Source: Clostridia bacterium (GTDB lineage: Bacteria > Bacillota > Clostridia > Oscillospirales > CAG-272). Taken from it: DNA of 64,000 bases. The DNA is taken from assembly GCA_017502875.1 (NCBI GenBank), contig JAFVUF010000023.1, positions 3,020-67,019 on the forward strand, read 5' to 3'. The notes beneath the pieces are model-generated. The model was not told the DNA's origin. It ran no database searches and saw only the letters and a list, made by a program, of their open reading frames with translations. Shown here piece by piece: positions 27,316 through 37,635 of this stretch (positions are counted from its first letter, which is position 1; each line of letters opens with the position of its first letter). Both the position numbers and the translations under genes were made by a program.

Positions 27316-29803
27316 CATAATAAAACCTAACGGCGCTCGTATCGAGTGCCGTTTTCGCCTTGCTTCAGTATTTATACTGAGCGCTCCGTACCATCTTGAT
27401 AAGCCGTTTGACTATCTCGTTGACCGTAATACAGACGTTTTTCCGGGGTATCTTGTGGCAGTTCCCTTTGGCGGTGGAAACCGACCTGAAACCGCGCTCG
27501 TTTTTAAGGTAAGCGAGCTTGACAGCGATATTGATACTGAGCTTAGATACAAGCCGATTAGCCGTATTCTTGACTCATCTCTTGCGCTTAGCGAGGAAGC
27601 TATGGCGCTCGTTGAATTTTTAAAGGAACGAACCTTTTGCACAACCGGAGACGCTGTTCGCTCAATAACGCCCTCTGCCGCTTTTTCAAAGCTTGAGGAA
27701 TATATTGAATGCGTTGCTCAAATAAGTGATTATTACACGCCAGAAACACCTGAATACAAGGTATATGAGTTTATTAAAAAAACAAAAGGCTGCACTAAAA
27801 ACAAGCTTTTCAGCGAATTCGGACAGCGCTCAGCTTCAAAAATACTTTCTAAGCTAATATCAGAGGGCGCGCTTGCATGCGAAATCGGAGCAAAGGATAT
27901 TAGCAACGTAAAATATACTGTATGCTACGAAACAAAGCTAAGCGAGCATGAAATCAACTCAATACCCTTCCGTTCAATGAAGCACAAGGAGATTCTTGAA
28001 TATCTGCTTGAGCACGGAAAATCTGAGCAAAGCGAAATTATTTCAGCTCTCGGTGTTTCAAGCAGTCAAATTAAGACACTTGTCGAAAAGGGATATGCCT
28101 TATCCGAGCAGCGAGAATGCTACCGAATTCCCTATTTATCATCAAAGGCTAACGAGTCAGTAAAGCTAAACGGGGCTCAGCAGGAAGCAGCGGATAAAAT
28201 AATTGCGCTTACGGAGTCAGGCGAGCCTAAGGCGGCGCTTCTGTACGGCGTTACGGGAAGCGGTAAAACTCAGGTTATGCGCACCGTTATGAAATCGGTT
28301 ATCAGCAAAGGGAAAGCCGTCATTCTGCTCGTTCCAGAAATATCTCTCACGCCGCAGACAATTTCGTTCTTTTCCGCAAGCTTTGGAGAGCGAACAGCTG
28401 TTATCCATTCGGGACTTTCGGCAGGCGAGCGCTTCGACGCCTGGCGCAGAATTAAAAAAGGCGAGGTGGACGTCTGTATAGGCACTCGCTCGGCAATATT
28501 TGCTCCCTTTAAAAACCTCGGACTTATTGTTATTGACGAGGAACAGGAGCATACCTATAAATCTGACCAAGCGCCAAAATATAACGCAAAGGACGTAGCC
28601 GCGTTCCGTTGCGGAAAGCATAACTGTACGCTTTTACTCGCTTCGGCAACGCCATCGGTTGAAAGCTATCATAAAGCCGTTACGGGAGCTTATACTCTTT
28701 GCGAGCTGCCGAGCAGATACGGAAGCGGCGGTATACCTAAGACAGATATAGTCGATATGAGAACCGAGACCAAGGACGGTAACTTCTCTCTTTTCAGCTC
28801 ACGTCTTGTCGACGCCTTGGGCGATAATCTCGCAAACGGAAGGCAGTCCATACTTTTCCTTAACCGCCGCGGCTATCACAGCTTCATGAGCTGCCCGTCG
28901 TGCGGTGAGGTATTTATGTGTCCCCATTGCAGCGTGTCGCTTACTCATCATTATTCACGCTTTAACGAAAAAGGATATCTTCTTTGTCATTATTGCGGAT
29001 ATAAGTCTCATATTCCTGATGAATGTCCGAAATGTCATAACAAAAATATGCGTTTTATGGGATACGGAACTCAGCTTGCTGAGGAGCAGATAAAAAAACT
29101 GTTCCCAAGCGCCAGAGTTTTGCGAATGGACGCTGATACTACTGCGGGCAAATTTTCATACGACGATATACTGACACGTTTCCGTAATAAGGAAGCGGAT
29201 ATTCTCCTCGGTACGCAGATGGTAACTAAGGGACACGATTTTCCGTACGTTACCTTAGTCGGTATGCTAAGCGCCGACCAGTCGCTTTACGTTGACGATT
29301 ACAGAGCGAATGAGCGTACCTTTTCACTTATTTGTCAGACAGTCGGACGCGCGGGCAGGCGCGACGAGGAAGGAAACGCGCTTATCCAGTGTTACAGTCC
29401 CGACCATACTGTGCTTGAGGTGGCAAAAAATCAGGATTACCGCGCTTTTTACGAAAACGAGATACCTATGAGGCGCTCCCTCGTATTTCCTCCCTTCTGC
29501 GACATAGCCGCAATTACAGTTACCTCGGACAACGAGGCTAACGCCTTTTCAGCGGCTAACAAGCTGCTTGAGGAAATAAAAAAGCTGGTTATGAACAGTT
29601 ACTCAGACGTTAGACTTCAGATATTCGGCCCGTTTGAAGCTCCTGTTTATAAGCTGAATGAGAGGTTCAGAGTTAGACTGATTATAAAATGCAAAAACAA
29701 CAAAAAAACACGCGCGCTATTCAGAAACGCGCTTAATTTCTTCGGTAACAGCATGCCGAATAATATTTCAGTCGGTATTGACATAAATCCGACAACACTT
29801 TGA
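27278..29803 (+). CDS. priA: primosomal protein N' (PriA helicase)
   Basis: Walker A GVTGSGKT, DEEQEH box, Cys4 zinc-binding insertions (CPSCG...CPHC; CHYCG...CPKC). The start is ambiguous: in-frame ATGs at 27278, 27290 and 27305 all overlap the rpoZ 3' end. Confidence 0.9.
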   Translation: MNLFMLPEKMSDNIIKPNGARIECRFRLASVFILSAPYHLDKPFDYLVDRNTDVFPGYLVAVPFGGGNRPETALVFKVSELDSDIDTELRYKPISRILDSSLALSEEAMALVEFLKERTFCTTGDAVRSITPSAAFSKLEEYIECVAQISDYYTPETPEYKVYEFIKKTKGCTKNKLFSEFGQRSASKILSKLISEGALACEIGAKDISNVKYTVCYETKLSEHEINSIPFRSMKHKEILEYLLEHGKSEQSEIISALGVSSSQIKTLVEKGYALSEQRECYRIPYLSSKANESVKLNGAQQEAADKIIALTESGEPKAALLYGVTGSGKTQVMRTVMKSVISKGKAVILLVPEISLTPQTISFFSASFGERTAVIHSGLSAGERFDAWRRIKKGEVDVCIGTRSAIFAPFKNLGLIVIDEEQEHTYKSDQAPKYNAKDVAAFRCGKHNCTLLLASATPSVESYHKAVTGAYTLCELPSRYGSGGIPKTDIVDMRTETKDGNFSLFSSRLVDALGDNLANGRQSILFLNRRGYHSFMSCPSCGEVFMCPHCSVSLTHHYSRFNEKGYLLCHYCGYKSHIPDECPKCHNKNMRFMGYGTQLAEEQIKKLFPSARVLRMDADTTAGKFSYDDILTRFRNKEADILLGTQMVTKGHDFPYVTLVGMLSADQSLYVDDYRANERTFSLICQTVGRAGRRDEEGNALIQCYSPDHTVLEVAKNQDYRAFYENEIPMRRSLVFPPFCDIAAITVTSDNEANAFSAANKLLEEIKKLVMNSYSDVRLQIFGPFEAPVYKLNERFRVRLIIKCKNNKKTRALFRNALNFFGNSMPNNISVGIDINPTTL

Positions 29804-29824
29804 TTTACTGTTTTGGAGGACGAA

Positions 29825-30304
29825 ATGGCAGTTTTAAAGATTTTAAAGGACGGAGATGAGCTTCTTCGTAAAAAAAGCCGTGAGGTAACAGAAATAACTC
29901 CCCGTGTGCTAACTCTGCTTGACGATATGAAGGATACGCTCCACAAGGCAAACGGCGCAGGTCTTGCCGCGCCGCAGGTTGGAGTGCTTCGTAGAATAGT
30001 TCTTATCGAGGTTGAGGACGGAAAGCTCTACGAGATGATTAATCCCGAAATAATCGAGCGCTCCGAGGAGCTTCAGCATGAGCTTGAGGGCTGCCTCTCT
30101 ATACCGGGTCGCTGGGGATATACAGAGCGCCCTAAAACTGTAACTGTAAGAGCTATGGACAGAAACGGTAAATACTACACTTTGACGGGCACAGACCTAT
30201 TAGCAAGAGCAATTTGCCATGAGACCGACCATCTTGACGGAATACTGTATAGCGACCACGCAAGAATGCTCTCCAAAAAGGAAGCGGACGAGCTGTTTGG
30301 CTGA
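29825..30304 (+). CDS. def: peptide deformylase
   Basis: GAGLAAPQVG, EGCLS and HETDHL motifs. ATG at 29825, 5 nt after GGAGGA, is preferred over the TTG at 29813. Confidence 0.93.
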   Translation: MAVLKILKDGDELLRKKSREVTEITPRVLTLLDDMKDTLHKANGAGLAAPQVGVLRRIVLIEVEDGKLYEMINPEIIERSEELQHELEGCLSIPGRWGYTERPKTVTVRAMDRNGKYYTLTGTDLLARAICHETDHLDGILYSDHARMLSKKEADELFG

Positions 30305-30316
30305 TTGGAGGACATT

Positions 30317-31249
30317 ATGCGTATAGTTTTTATGGGTACGCCGGATTTTTCGGCTACCGTACTTAAAAAGCTCTGCGAAAGCGGTAATACTCCGACAGCA
30401 GTCGTTACAAGAGCTGATAAGCCTGCGGGCAGAGGCAACGAGCTTCGTCCTTCGCCTGTTAAAAGATATGCCCTTGAACAAGGCGTAGAGGTGCTTCAGC
30501 CCGAAAGACTCTCTGACGAAGGCTTCCTTAACCGTCTTTGCGACCTTAACCCTGACATTATTATTGTAGTCGCGTACGGAAGGATTCTTCCGGAGGCGGT
30601 GCTTAATCTTCCTCGCTTCGGCTGTATAAACGCTCACGCATCTCTACTCCCCAAATACCGTGGCGCAGCTCCTATGCAAAGAGCTATTATGAACGGCGAA
30701 GCTGAAACGGGCGTTACGATTATGAAAATGGACAAGGGGCTTGATACGGGAGATATGATACTTACGGTAAAAACACCGATAAGCGATACTGATAACCTTG
30801 AAACCGTTCATGACAGACTTGCGCAAATCAGCGGCGACGCGCTTCTAAGCGCCATGAAGCTTATCGAAAGCGGCAAGGCTGTTTACCTTAAGCAGAATGA
30901 CGAGGAAGCTACCTATGCCGAAAAGATTCTTAAAAACGATGAAATAATCGACTTGACCAATTCCGCTAAGGCTATTTCCAACCGGATTCGCGCGTTAACT
31001 CCCTTCCCTTACGCCTACTGTAAATATAACGGTAAAATGTTAAAGATAATCGAGGCGAGAGCCGAGGAAGCCGATATAAACGGTAAAAAGCCGGGCGAGA
31101 TACTCTCCGTAAAGAACGGCGAGATTAAGGTAGCAACCGGTGAAGGTATTCTTGTAGTAACAAAAGTTTTTCCAGAAAGCAAGAGACGAATGAATGCGCT
31201 CGATTTTGTAAACGGCTCTAAAATAAAACCGGGAGATATTCTTGAATAA
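30317..31249 (+). CDS. fmt: methionyl-tRNA formyltransferase
   Basis: MRIVFMGTPDF and NAHASLLPKYRGAAP motifs. ATG at 30317 follows GGAGGA. Confidence 0.93.
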   Translation: MRIVFMGTPDFSATVLKKLCESGNTPTAVVTRADKPAGRGNELRPSPVKRYALEQGVEVLQPERLSDEGFLNRLCDLNPDIIIVVAYGRILPEAVLNLPRFGCINAHASLLPKYRGAAPMQRAIMNGEAETGVTIMKMDKGLDTGDMILTVKTPISDTDNLETVHDRLAQISGDALLSAMKLIESGKAVYLKQNDEEATYAEKILKNDEIIDLTNSAKAISNRIRALTPFPYAYCKYNGKMLKIIEARAEEADINGKKPGEILSVKNGEIKVATGEGILVVTKVFPESKRRMNALDFVNGSKIKPGDILE

Positions 31250-31383
31250 ATAAAATGCAGTTGCAACGCAACTGCATTTTATTTTATGAATGAAGCAACC
31301 GCCTAAATTAACCGTTTTTCTCCTTACGCATAGTATGTTAATGATTTCAAAATACGCCGTTTTGCGTTTTAAGGAGAATAAAA

Positions 31384-32628
31384 ATGAGTAAATATATTAT
31401 ACACGGCGCAAACAAGCTTTCCGGTGAAATCACCGTTCAAGGCTGTAAAAATTCCGCGCTTGCGGTGCTTTTCGCCTGCCTTACGGTTGACGGAGAAACG
31501 GTGATTTCCGGTCTTCCCGATATATCGGACGTTAAAGTCTGCCTTGAAATACTCGCTTACTACGGCTGTACTGTTAAATACCTTGATAAAACAACTGTAA
31601 AAATCATTACCAGGGACATAGAGTACCGTCCTTATCCTAAGCATTTGACAGTAAAGCTCAGGGCCTCCAGCTACCTTATCGGCGCCTTAATGAGCAGATT
31701 CGGTAAATGTGTTCTTCCCGAAAGCGGCGGCTGTGATATCGGCGCCCGCCCTTTAAACCTTCATATTGACGCAATAAAGGCGCTCGGAGCCGAAGAAAAT
31801 GCCGAAAACGGCAAGCTTTACGCAAGAAACGGACTTAAAGGAAGCATTATACGCTTTCCCTCAAAGACTGTTGGCGGCACTGTAAATGCCGTTATCGCCG
31901 CTTCAAAGGCGGACGGTGTTACAGTCATCTGCAACGCCGCGCGTGAGCCTCATATAAGCGACCTTTGCGGCTTTTTAAACACCTGCGGAGCGCAGATATA
32001 CGGCGCGGGCGACGACGTTATAACTGTAAAAGGTGTAAGGTCTCTTAACGGCAAAAGCTACCGAATTGACTCTGATATGATAGAAGCGGGCACGTTTATG
32101 ATTGCCGCTTTAGCTACTAAAGGAAGGGTGAAATGTGTAAACGCACCTGTTCATCAGCTAAAAGCCACTATTTCTGCTCTTGAAGCTATTGGAGCTGAGG
32201 TAATCCGTACTGCCGACTCTGTTACAGCTTCCGCAGACTCACTTTCGGCAACGGATATCGTTACCGCTCCCTACCCCGCTTTTCCAACCGACCTTCAGCC
32301 CCAGATAAGCGCACTTCTCGGCATTTCAAAAGGTGAAAGCCACGTTCACGAAACAGTATTTGAAAACAGGTTTTTATATATAAATGAGCTAAGGAAATGC
32401 GGAATGGATTGTATTCTTGACGAAAACAAGCTTACCGTTAAGGGTATAAAGCAGTATAACGGAGCTTGTCTTTCGGCTACCGACCTAAGAGGCGGGGCGG
32501 CTATGGTTATCGCCGCTTTAAACGCAAATGAAAAAAGTGTTATAGACAACGTTTCCTTTATTGAACGCGGATACTCGTCCTTTCACACCAAGCTCGCCTC
32601 GCTCGGCGCTGATATCATCAAGCGTTAA
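31384..32628 (+). CDS. murA: UDP-N-acetylglucosamine 1-carboxyvinyltransferase
   Basis: 414 aa with GEITVQGCKNSAL at the N-terminus, a catalytic loop GGCDIGARP, and TDLQPQ and LRGGAAMV motifs. Confidence 0.93.
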   Translation: MSKYIIHGANKLSGEITVQGCKNSALAVLFACLTVDGETVISGLPDISDVKVCLEILAYYGCTVKYLDKTTVKIITRDIEYRPYPKHLTVKLRASSYLIGALMSRFGKCVLPESGGCDIGARPLNLHIDAIKALGAEENAENGKLYARNGLKGSIIRFPSKTVGGTVNAVIAASKADGVTVICNAAREPHISDLCGFLNTCGAQIYGAGDDVITVKGVRSLNGKSYRIDSDMIEAGTFMIAALATKGRVKCVNAPVHQLKATISALEAIGAEVIRTADSVTASADSLSATDIVTAPYPAFPTDLQPQISALLGISKGESHVHETVFENRFLYINELRKCGMDCILDENKLTVKGIKQYNGACLSATDLRGGAAMVIAALNANEKSVIDNVSFIERGYSSFHTKLASLGADIIKR

Positions 32629-33724
32629 CGTTTTTATAGTACGCGACTGCCAAATCAACAACAAGACCGTAGCTCTTTGTGCCGCCTGTCTGTCCCTGTA
32701 AAATAAGATAGGAATTATTTACGGCACCGGAAACGTCCGCCATAACGTTATCTCTGTATTTATCAAAAAATTCGCTATACGCCACAAGCTCATAGCGCAC
32801 GTTTATATCAACGGTCTTAATAAGCTCCCTGTACGCCTCCCTATCCGCTTTATAAAGCGCGTTTGAAAGGTACTCAAACATATTAAGATAAGCGCTGTAC
32901 CTTATATATTCGTCATCACTTTCAATGCAGATAAGATAAGCGACGAAATTCGCCTCGTCCTCACGTGAAATGCCTCTTTGGTGAGCCATCTCGTGCGCCA
33001 TTGTATAAGGCAGATTGTATTCGGGATAATTTACGTTAACGTTTGCCTCACCCGTAAAAAAGGTATAAACGCCCGAAATATGCGTATACGTCATAGGCTC
33101 GCTCAGTATTACGGGCTTCACTCTGCATTTAAGACTCTGTATAAATCCGTATCTGTCAGCGCCTTTTTTATATGCTTTATTCAGCTTTTGATTAAGCTCG
33201 GTATACGAATAAGGAATATTTGAAAAGCGATCCTCTCCGTAATCGGTTTTAGCCGCAAGAGCGTTAAGCTCTTTTATTACCGCTTCTGTCGTAGTCCTCA
33301 GCTCTGAGGCTGAAACCTCAGCTCTTTCAAGTCCAAGCTTTTCACCGAGCTGATATCCCCTGTAACCGCAGGCAAAGGTAAGCACGAAGCTTGAATAAAA
33401 CAGTGTAAGCGCGGAAAAAAATCCGCACAAATATCTGATTCCCCGCGCTTTACCGCTTTTAAACGCTTTAATTGCGAAAAATACGATAGCTCCTATAATA
33501 ATCGGCAGACAAATTATCGCTATCTCCGCAAGGGATATGGGCAGCCAGCCTGTAAGCTTTGCGAGAATAAGCCTGAACACCGACGCTATTTTTACTGTAA
33601 AAAAGTCCGCAAAAGCGGGTGATATAACGGCGATTACGTGAATAAGGGCGCAAATAAGCGCTATCCCTACCAAGAATAACGCGGGTGTCGGAATATACTT
33701 CCTTATAAAAGCTTTTACCTTCAT
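32618..33724 (-). CDS. DUF3810-like membrane-anchored putative zinc metalloprotease
   Basis: 368 aa with N-terminal TM segments and an HEMAHQ (HExxH) motif. Overlaps the murA 3' end by 11 nt (convergent). Confidence 0.55.
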   Translation of the reverse strand: MKVKAFIRKYIPTPALFLVGIALICALIHVIAVISPAFADFFTVKIASVFRLILAKLTGWLPISLAEIAIICLPIIIGAIVFFAIKAFKSGKARGIRYLCGFFSALTLFYSSFVLTFACGYRGYQLGEKLGLERAEVSASELRTTTEAVIKELNALAAKTDYGEDRFSNIPYSYTELNQKLNKAYKKGADRYGFIQSLKCRVKPVILSEPMTYTHISGVYTFFTGEANVNVNYPEYNLPYTMAHEMAHQRGISREDEANFVAYLICIESDDEYIRYSAYLNMFEYLSNALYKADREAYRELIKTVDINVRYELVAYSEFFDKYRDNVMADVSGAVNNSYLILQGQTGGTKSYGLVVDLAVAYYKNVNA

Positions 33725-34650
33725 TTATTCTCCTCAGAAAATTCAAGACTGTACGTGTTTATAAGTGATTTTATATCCTCTGGAAGCGGCGCGTAAACCG
33801 TTATCCGACCGCGTGTTAAGGGCGATGGAAACGTAAGCGAATATGCGTGAAGCGCCTGTCTTGCGATTAGAGCGCTTTTGCTTCCGTACATTGAGTCGCC
33901 TGTTATTGAAGCTCCAAGCGAGGATAAATGTACTCTAATCTGATGAGTCCTTCCCGTTATCGGAGTTACCTTTAAGAGACTTGCCTTGTTATTTGAGCAT
34001 AAAACCTCATATTCTGTGCTCGAATACTCTCCGTTTTCAATCGGCTCAGGCGAAAAGCGCCTCTTAATTATGCTTTCCCCTTCTCGCGCTATATATCCTT
34101 TTATACTTCCGTTTTCGGTAAGCTGACCGTCCGTAACCGCTATATATGTCTTTTCAAATTCTCCGTTTTCAAGCGATTTTGAAAGTATACTTGAATAGTA
34201 TTTATTCTTAGCTATAAGAACAGCGCCGCTTGTGTCCGCGTCAAGTCTGTTAACCGCCCGAAAAACAAAGGGCTGCCCCTTGCTTTTAAGGTAAGCGCAG
34301 ACCGCGTTTGAGAGCGCGTCGTCATAATGTCCGAAGGACGTGTGCGTTGGCATACCTGCAGGCTTATTTACGACAAGCACCGCCTCGTCCTCGTAGACTA
34401 TCGGCGGCATACTGCCATTAGCAAAGACGTTAGGATTTTCGTCCTGCTCGCAGTCCTCTATTTTAAGCGCAACCTCATCACCCGTGTGAACAGTTGCTCT
34501 TACGGTAACGCTTGAACCGTTTAGCATTATGCCGTTTTCCCGAGCTTTCAGCATACACAGCGTTTTTCTTGAAACCTTGAGCCCTGCGCGTAAAAAATCA
34601 CGTAAGAGCTTACCGTTATAATCCTCTGTAACTTTAAATATCATACTCAT
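33721..34650 (-). CDS. RluA-family 23S rRNA/tRNA pseudouridine synthase (S4 domain N-terminal)
   Basis: 309 aa with the HRLD-equivalent NRLDADTSG, a KTYIAV motif and RTHQIRVHL. Confidence 0.88.
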   Translation of the reverse strand: MSMIFKVTEDYNGKLLRDFLRAGLKVSRKTLCMLKARENGIMLNGSSVTVRATVHTGDEVALKIEDCEQDENPNVFANGSMPPIVYEDEAVLVVNKPAGMPTHTSFGHYDDALSNAVCAYLKSKGQPFVFRAVNRLDADTSGAVLIAKNKYYSSILSKSLENGEFEKTYIAVTDGQLTENGSIKGYIAREGESIIKRRFSPEPIENGEYSSTEYEVLCSNNKASLLKVTPITGRTHQIRVHLSSLGASITGDSMYGSKSALIARQALHAYSLTFPSPLTRGRITVYAPLPEDIKSLINTYSLEFSEENK

Positions 34651-34744
34651 AAAATTGATAATACATTAATATAATTGATAAATTTTAACGCCGTAAGCTC
34701 GCATTTTATTATTTTGCGAAATTACGGCGTTATGTTTTTACCCG

Positions 34745-35851
34745 TCAGCTTTTGGCGTTCATTTTAAGATAAGCGTTAATAAAGCCGTCTATTTCACCGT
34801 CCATTACGGACTGTATATTCCCGTCCTCGTAGCCCGTTCTGTTGTCCTTAGCAAGCGTATAGGGCATAAACACGTAGGAGCGAATCTGGCTTCCCCACTC
34901 AATATTATATTTAGTTCCCTTGATATCTTCTATTTTTTCAAGGTTCTCTCTTATCTTTATCTCAAGAAGCTTCGCCTTGAGCATTTTAAGAGCAGTTTCT
35001 TTATTTTGAAGCTGGCTGCGCTCAGTCTGACAGCCTACCACTATACCTGTAGGTATATGCGTAATACGGATAGCGGAATCGGTTTTATTTATGTGCTGAC
35101 CGCCAGCGCCGCTTGACCTGTGGGCTGTGATGTCAAGATCTTCGGGACGAAGCTCAATATTGTTATCGTCATCAAGCTCCGGCATTACCTCTACCGAAGC
35201 AAACGAGGTATGACGTCTTCCTGAGGAATCAAAAGGGGAAACACGGACAAGACGGTGAACACCGTTCTCGCTTTTAAGGTATCCGTAGGCGTTAACTCCC
35301 TCTATACGAATGGTTGCGCTCTTGATACCCGCCTCTTCTCCGTCAAGCCAATCAAGAAGCTTTACGTTATAGTTATGGCGCTCGCCCCAACGGGTATACA
35401 TTCTGTAAAGCATAAGCGCCCAATCCTGCGCCTCAGTACCGCCAGCGCCGGGGTGGAAGGTAACTATCGCGTTATTTGAGTCATATTCACCGGAAAGCAG
35501 TATCTCTATTCTCTGCTTCTCCTCCTCCTCCTCTATCTCCGCGACAGCAGTAAGAACCTCCTCGGTAACGCTTTCGTCCTCTTCGTCAATAGCCATTTCG
35601 GTGAGAATAAGAGTGTCCTCAAGCTTTGAGGCAAGCGCCTCGTACGCCGCCACTCTGTCCTTTAAGTACTTTACTCTTTTAAGTATTGCTCCCGAATCGT
35701 CTTTTCCCCAGAAATCAGGCTCAAGCGTCTTTTTTTCAAGCTCGGCGGTTTCCGCCTTCAGCTCGTCAAGCTTCAACGCCGCCTTTAATTCTTCTATATC
35801 CTCTGCCTTTTGAAGTAAGGTTCTTTTTGCTTCGTCAAGTTGGATTATCAA
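34745..35851 (-). CDS. prfB: peptide chain release factor 2 (single ORF, no programmed frameshift)
   Basis: 368 aa with the SPF motif (RVSPFDSSGRRHTSFASV) and GGQ (SGAGGQHINKTDSAIRI). TTG start after GGAG. The codon region reads AAG CTT GAC without an in-frame TGA. Confidence 0.93.
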   Translation of the reverse strand: MIIQLDEAKRTLLQKAEDIEELKAALKLDELKAETAELEKKTLEPDFWGKDDSGAILKRVKYLKDRVAAYEALASKLEDTLILTEMAIDEEDESVTEEVLTAVAEIEEEEEKQRIEILLSGEYDSNNAIVTFHPGAGGTEAQDWALMLYRMYTRWGERHNYNVKLLDWLDGEEAGIKSATIRIEGVNAYGYLKSENGVHRLVRVSPFDSSGRRHTSFASVEVMPELDDDNNIELRPEDLDITAHRSSGAGGQHINKTDSAIRITHIPTGIVVGCQTERSQLQNKETALKMLKAKLLEIKIRENLEKIEDIKGTKYNIEWGSQIRSYVFMPYTLAKDNRTGYEDGNIQSVMDGEIDGFINAYLKMNAKS

Positions 35852-35945
35852 GGTAATTCTCCTTTATGGAATATAATCTTATCTTAAGTATTATATCATA
35901 TATTTTATTTTTGTAAACACCTTTTCTGAATTTTTTACCTTTTGT

Positions 35946-36197
35946 TCAATTACTTACCGCTTTCCCCTCAACGAACCATCTGCCCTCCTCGTTAAACAGG
36001 TATCTTTCCTTACCCTCTATCATAACTGTATATCTTATACCTCTGCCGCCAACCTTTAAAGACGCGGCGCAGGTCTTTTGCCTTATTTTGTCGATTTCAT
36101 ATATTTTGCCGTTTCTCCAACGTATAGCCACAGGACGTATCTCCCCTTCGGTATCTACGTTTAATCCTACCGAAACGTATATTTTTTCATATTTCAT
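35946..36197 (-). CDS. hypothetical 83-aa protein translationally coupled to dinB
   Basis: ATGA overlap with the dinB stop. No recognised domain. Basic and beta-rich (IRPVAIRWRNGKIYEI...IRYTVMIEGKERYLF). Confidence 0.55.
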   Translation of the reverse strand: MKYEKIYVSVGLNVDTEGEIRPVAIRWRNGKIYEIDKIRQKTCAASLKVGGRGIRYTVMIEGKERYLFNEEGRWFVEGKAVSN

Positions 36198-37435
36198 TTG
36201 CGTATCCCTCCGGGAAGCACGCTCGGTGTCTTTTCCTTGGGTATTTTACCGTTTTCAAGCACGGCGGCGTTTTTTATTATATCGCTTCCGAATCTCGCCC
36301 TTATATCATCTAAGCTTTTGTCTATTTTCTCACTCCTTTGATTCTCCTTTTCGCCGTCGGACGAAAACATACTTATCTGGCTCGGCTCACCCTCATAAAC
36401 AAGGTTTATCGCACGTACCGTAACCGCCCTTACGGGCTTATCCCACGAGTAGCTTTCGGAAAACAGCCTGAACGCCCTTTTGGCTATTTCATACGCGCTC
36501 TGCGTTGGACATTCAAGCTGGCATTGCCATTGCTTTACGTTCAAAGCGTTATCCTTTATCTGAATAACAACTCCCGCCGCGCGCTTTCCGTAAAGAACGA
36601 GTCTGTGCCCTACCTCCTCGGAAAGCTCAAGCATTACCTTCCATACCTCGTCTCCGTTTTCAAGGTCGCAAGGCGCCGTTATGCCGTTACCCGCGCTTTT
36701 GTCGATTGCTTCCGTATCTCTTAGGGTAACGGGAGAATCGTCAAGACCGTTGGCGTATTTCCATATCTGCTCTCCGCACTTACCGAACATCTGATTTAGC
36801 ATATTTTTTGAAAATGAAGCAAGCTCGGCTATAATCTCTATTCCGTAAACGTTAAGCCTTGCTCCCGTTGAGCCGCCTATTCCTATAAGCTCAGAGGCGG
36901 AAAGACCGCCAATAACGGAAAGAAAATCCTTTTGCGGTATAAGTGTAACAGCGTCCGGCTTTTTCATATCGCTTCCAAGCTTTGCGAACACCTTATTAAA
37001 GGATACTCCGATGGAAAGCGTAAGCCCAAGCTCTCTTTTTACCGTGTTTTTTATCTCGTTTGCCAGCGCTACGCCTTCTCCCTCATTTAAAGCTCTGCCC
37101 GTTAAATCAAGCCAACATTCATCAAGACCAAACGGCTCGATAAGCGGCGTGTATCTTGTATATATCTCACGGGCAAGACGGGAATAACGCATATATATAT
37201 CAAAATGCGGTCTTACGGTTACAAGCTCCGGACATTTGCGCTTTGCGCTGAATACAGTCTCCGCGGTTTTTATGCCGTAGCCTGACGCTATATAATTCTT
37301 GGCAAGCACTATACCGTGTCTCTCCTCTGCGTCTCCGCATACCGCTATCGGCTTCCCTTTTAACTCAGGATTTAAAGCGCACTCAACGGAAGCATAGAAA
37401 TTATTCATATCACAATGCAAGATTACCCTGTTCAT
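36194..37435 (-). CDS. dinB: Y-family DNA polymerase IV
   Basis: 413 aa. N-terminal ILHCDMNNFYASVE, with SLDE-equivalent GLDECWLD and little-finger domain length typical of the family. Confidence 0.9.
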   Translation of the reverse strand: MNRVILHCDMNNFYASVECALNPELKGKPIAVCGDAEERHGIVLAKNYIASGYGIKTAETVFSAKRKCPELVTVRPHFDIYMRYSRLAREIYTRYTPLIEPFGLDECWLDLTGRALNEGEGVALANEIKNTVKRELGLTLSIGVSFNKVFAKLGSDMKKPDAVTLIPQKDFLSVIGGLSASELIGIGGSTGARLNVYGIEIIAELASFSKNMLNQMFGKCGEQIWKYANGLDDSPVTLRDTEAIDKSAGNGITAPCDLENGDEVWKVMLELSEEVGHRLVLYGKRAAGVVIQIKDNALNVKQWQCQLECPTQSAYEIAKRAFRLFSESYSWDKPVRAVTVRAINLVYEGEPSQISMFSSDGEKENQRSEKIDKSLDDIRARFGSDIIKNAAVLENGKIPKEKTPSVLPGGIRK

Positions 37436-37467
37436 TTATTTTTTCTCCAAAAAATTCCGTTTACCTC

Positions 37468-37496
37468 TTGACAAACACATTTTCATGTGATATCAT
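37468..37496 (+). promoter_or_regulatory. promoter of XRE/ImmA operon (TTGACA-17-TATCAT)
   Basis: Read directly. LexA box 1 begins 8 nt downstream of the -10. Confidence 0.65.
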
Positions 37497-37503
37497 ATAA
37501 TCA

Positions 37504-37517
37504 CGAACAACATTTCG
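37504..37517. promoter_or_regulatory. LexA (Cheo/SOS) box 1, CGAACAACATTTCG
   Basis: Matches the Firmicute CGAAC-N4-GTTCG consensus with 1 mismatch in the right arm. Confidence 0.65.
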
Positions 37518-37532
37518 TGTGTTTCTGTAATT

Positions 37533-37561
37533 ATTATACACGAATATCTGTTCGTTGTCAA
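37533..37561 (-). promoter_or_regulatory. dinB promoter (TTGACA-17-TATAAT on minus strand)
   Basis: TTGACA is the reverse complement of 37556-37561 and TATAAT the reverse complement of 37533-37538. LexA box 2 fills the spacer. Confidence 0.75.
37541..37554. promoter_or_regulatory. LexA (Cheo/SOS) box 2, CGAATATCTGTTCG
   Basis: 1 mismatch to CGAAC-N4-GTTCG. Located within the dinB promoter spacer. Confidence 0.7.
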
Positions 37562-37570
37562 GAGGTTTTG

Positions 37571-37584
37571 CGAACTTTTGTTCG
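37571..37584. promoter_or_regulatory. LexA (Cheo/SOS) box 3, CGAACTTTTGTTCG
   Basis: Perfect GAAC-N4-GTTC palindrome in the 5' UTR of the XRE gene. Confidence 0.8.
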
Positions 37585-37635
37585 CTGCGTAGAAATTTTC
37601 TATCCACCTTAAATCATGAAAGGAAAGCTTAAAAT

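Noticed and set aside
34745-35851. Programmed +1 frameshift in prfB
   Set aside because: I searched the expected site near codon 25-30 (the CTT TGA C motif). The sequence reads AAG CTT GAC and the gene is one uninterrupted ORF. This is the frameshift-less variant, which occurs in a minority of bacteria and is not remarkable.
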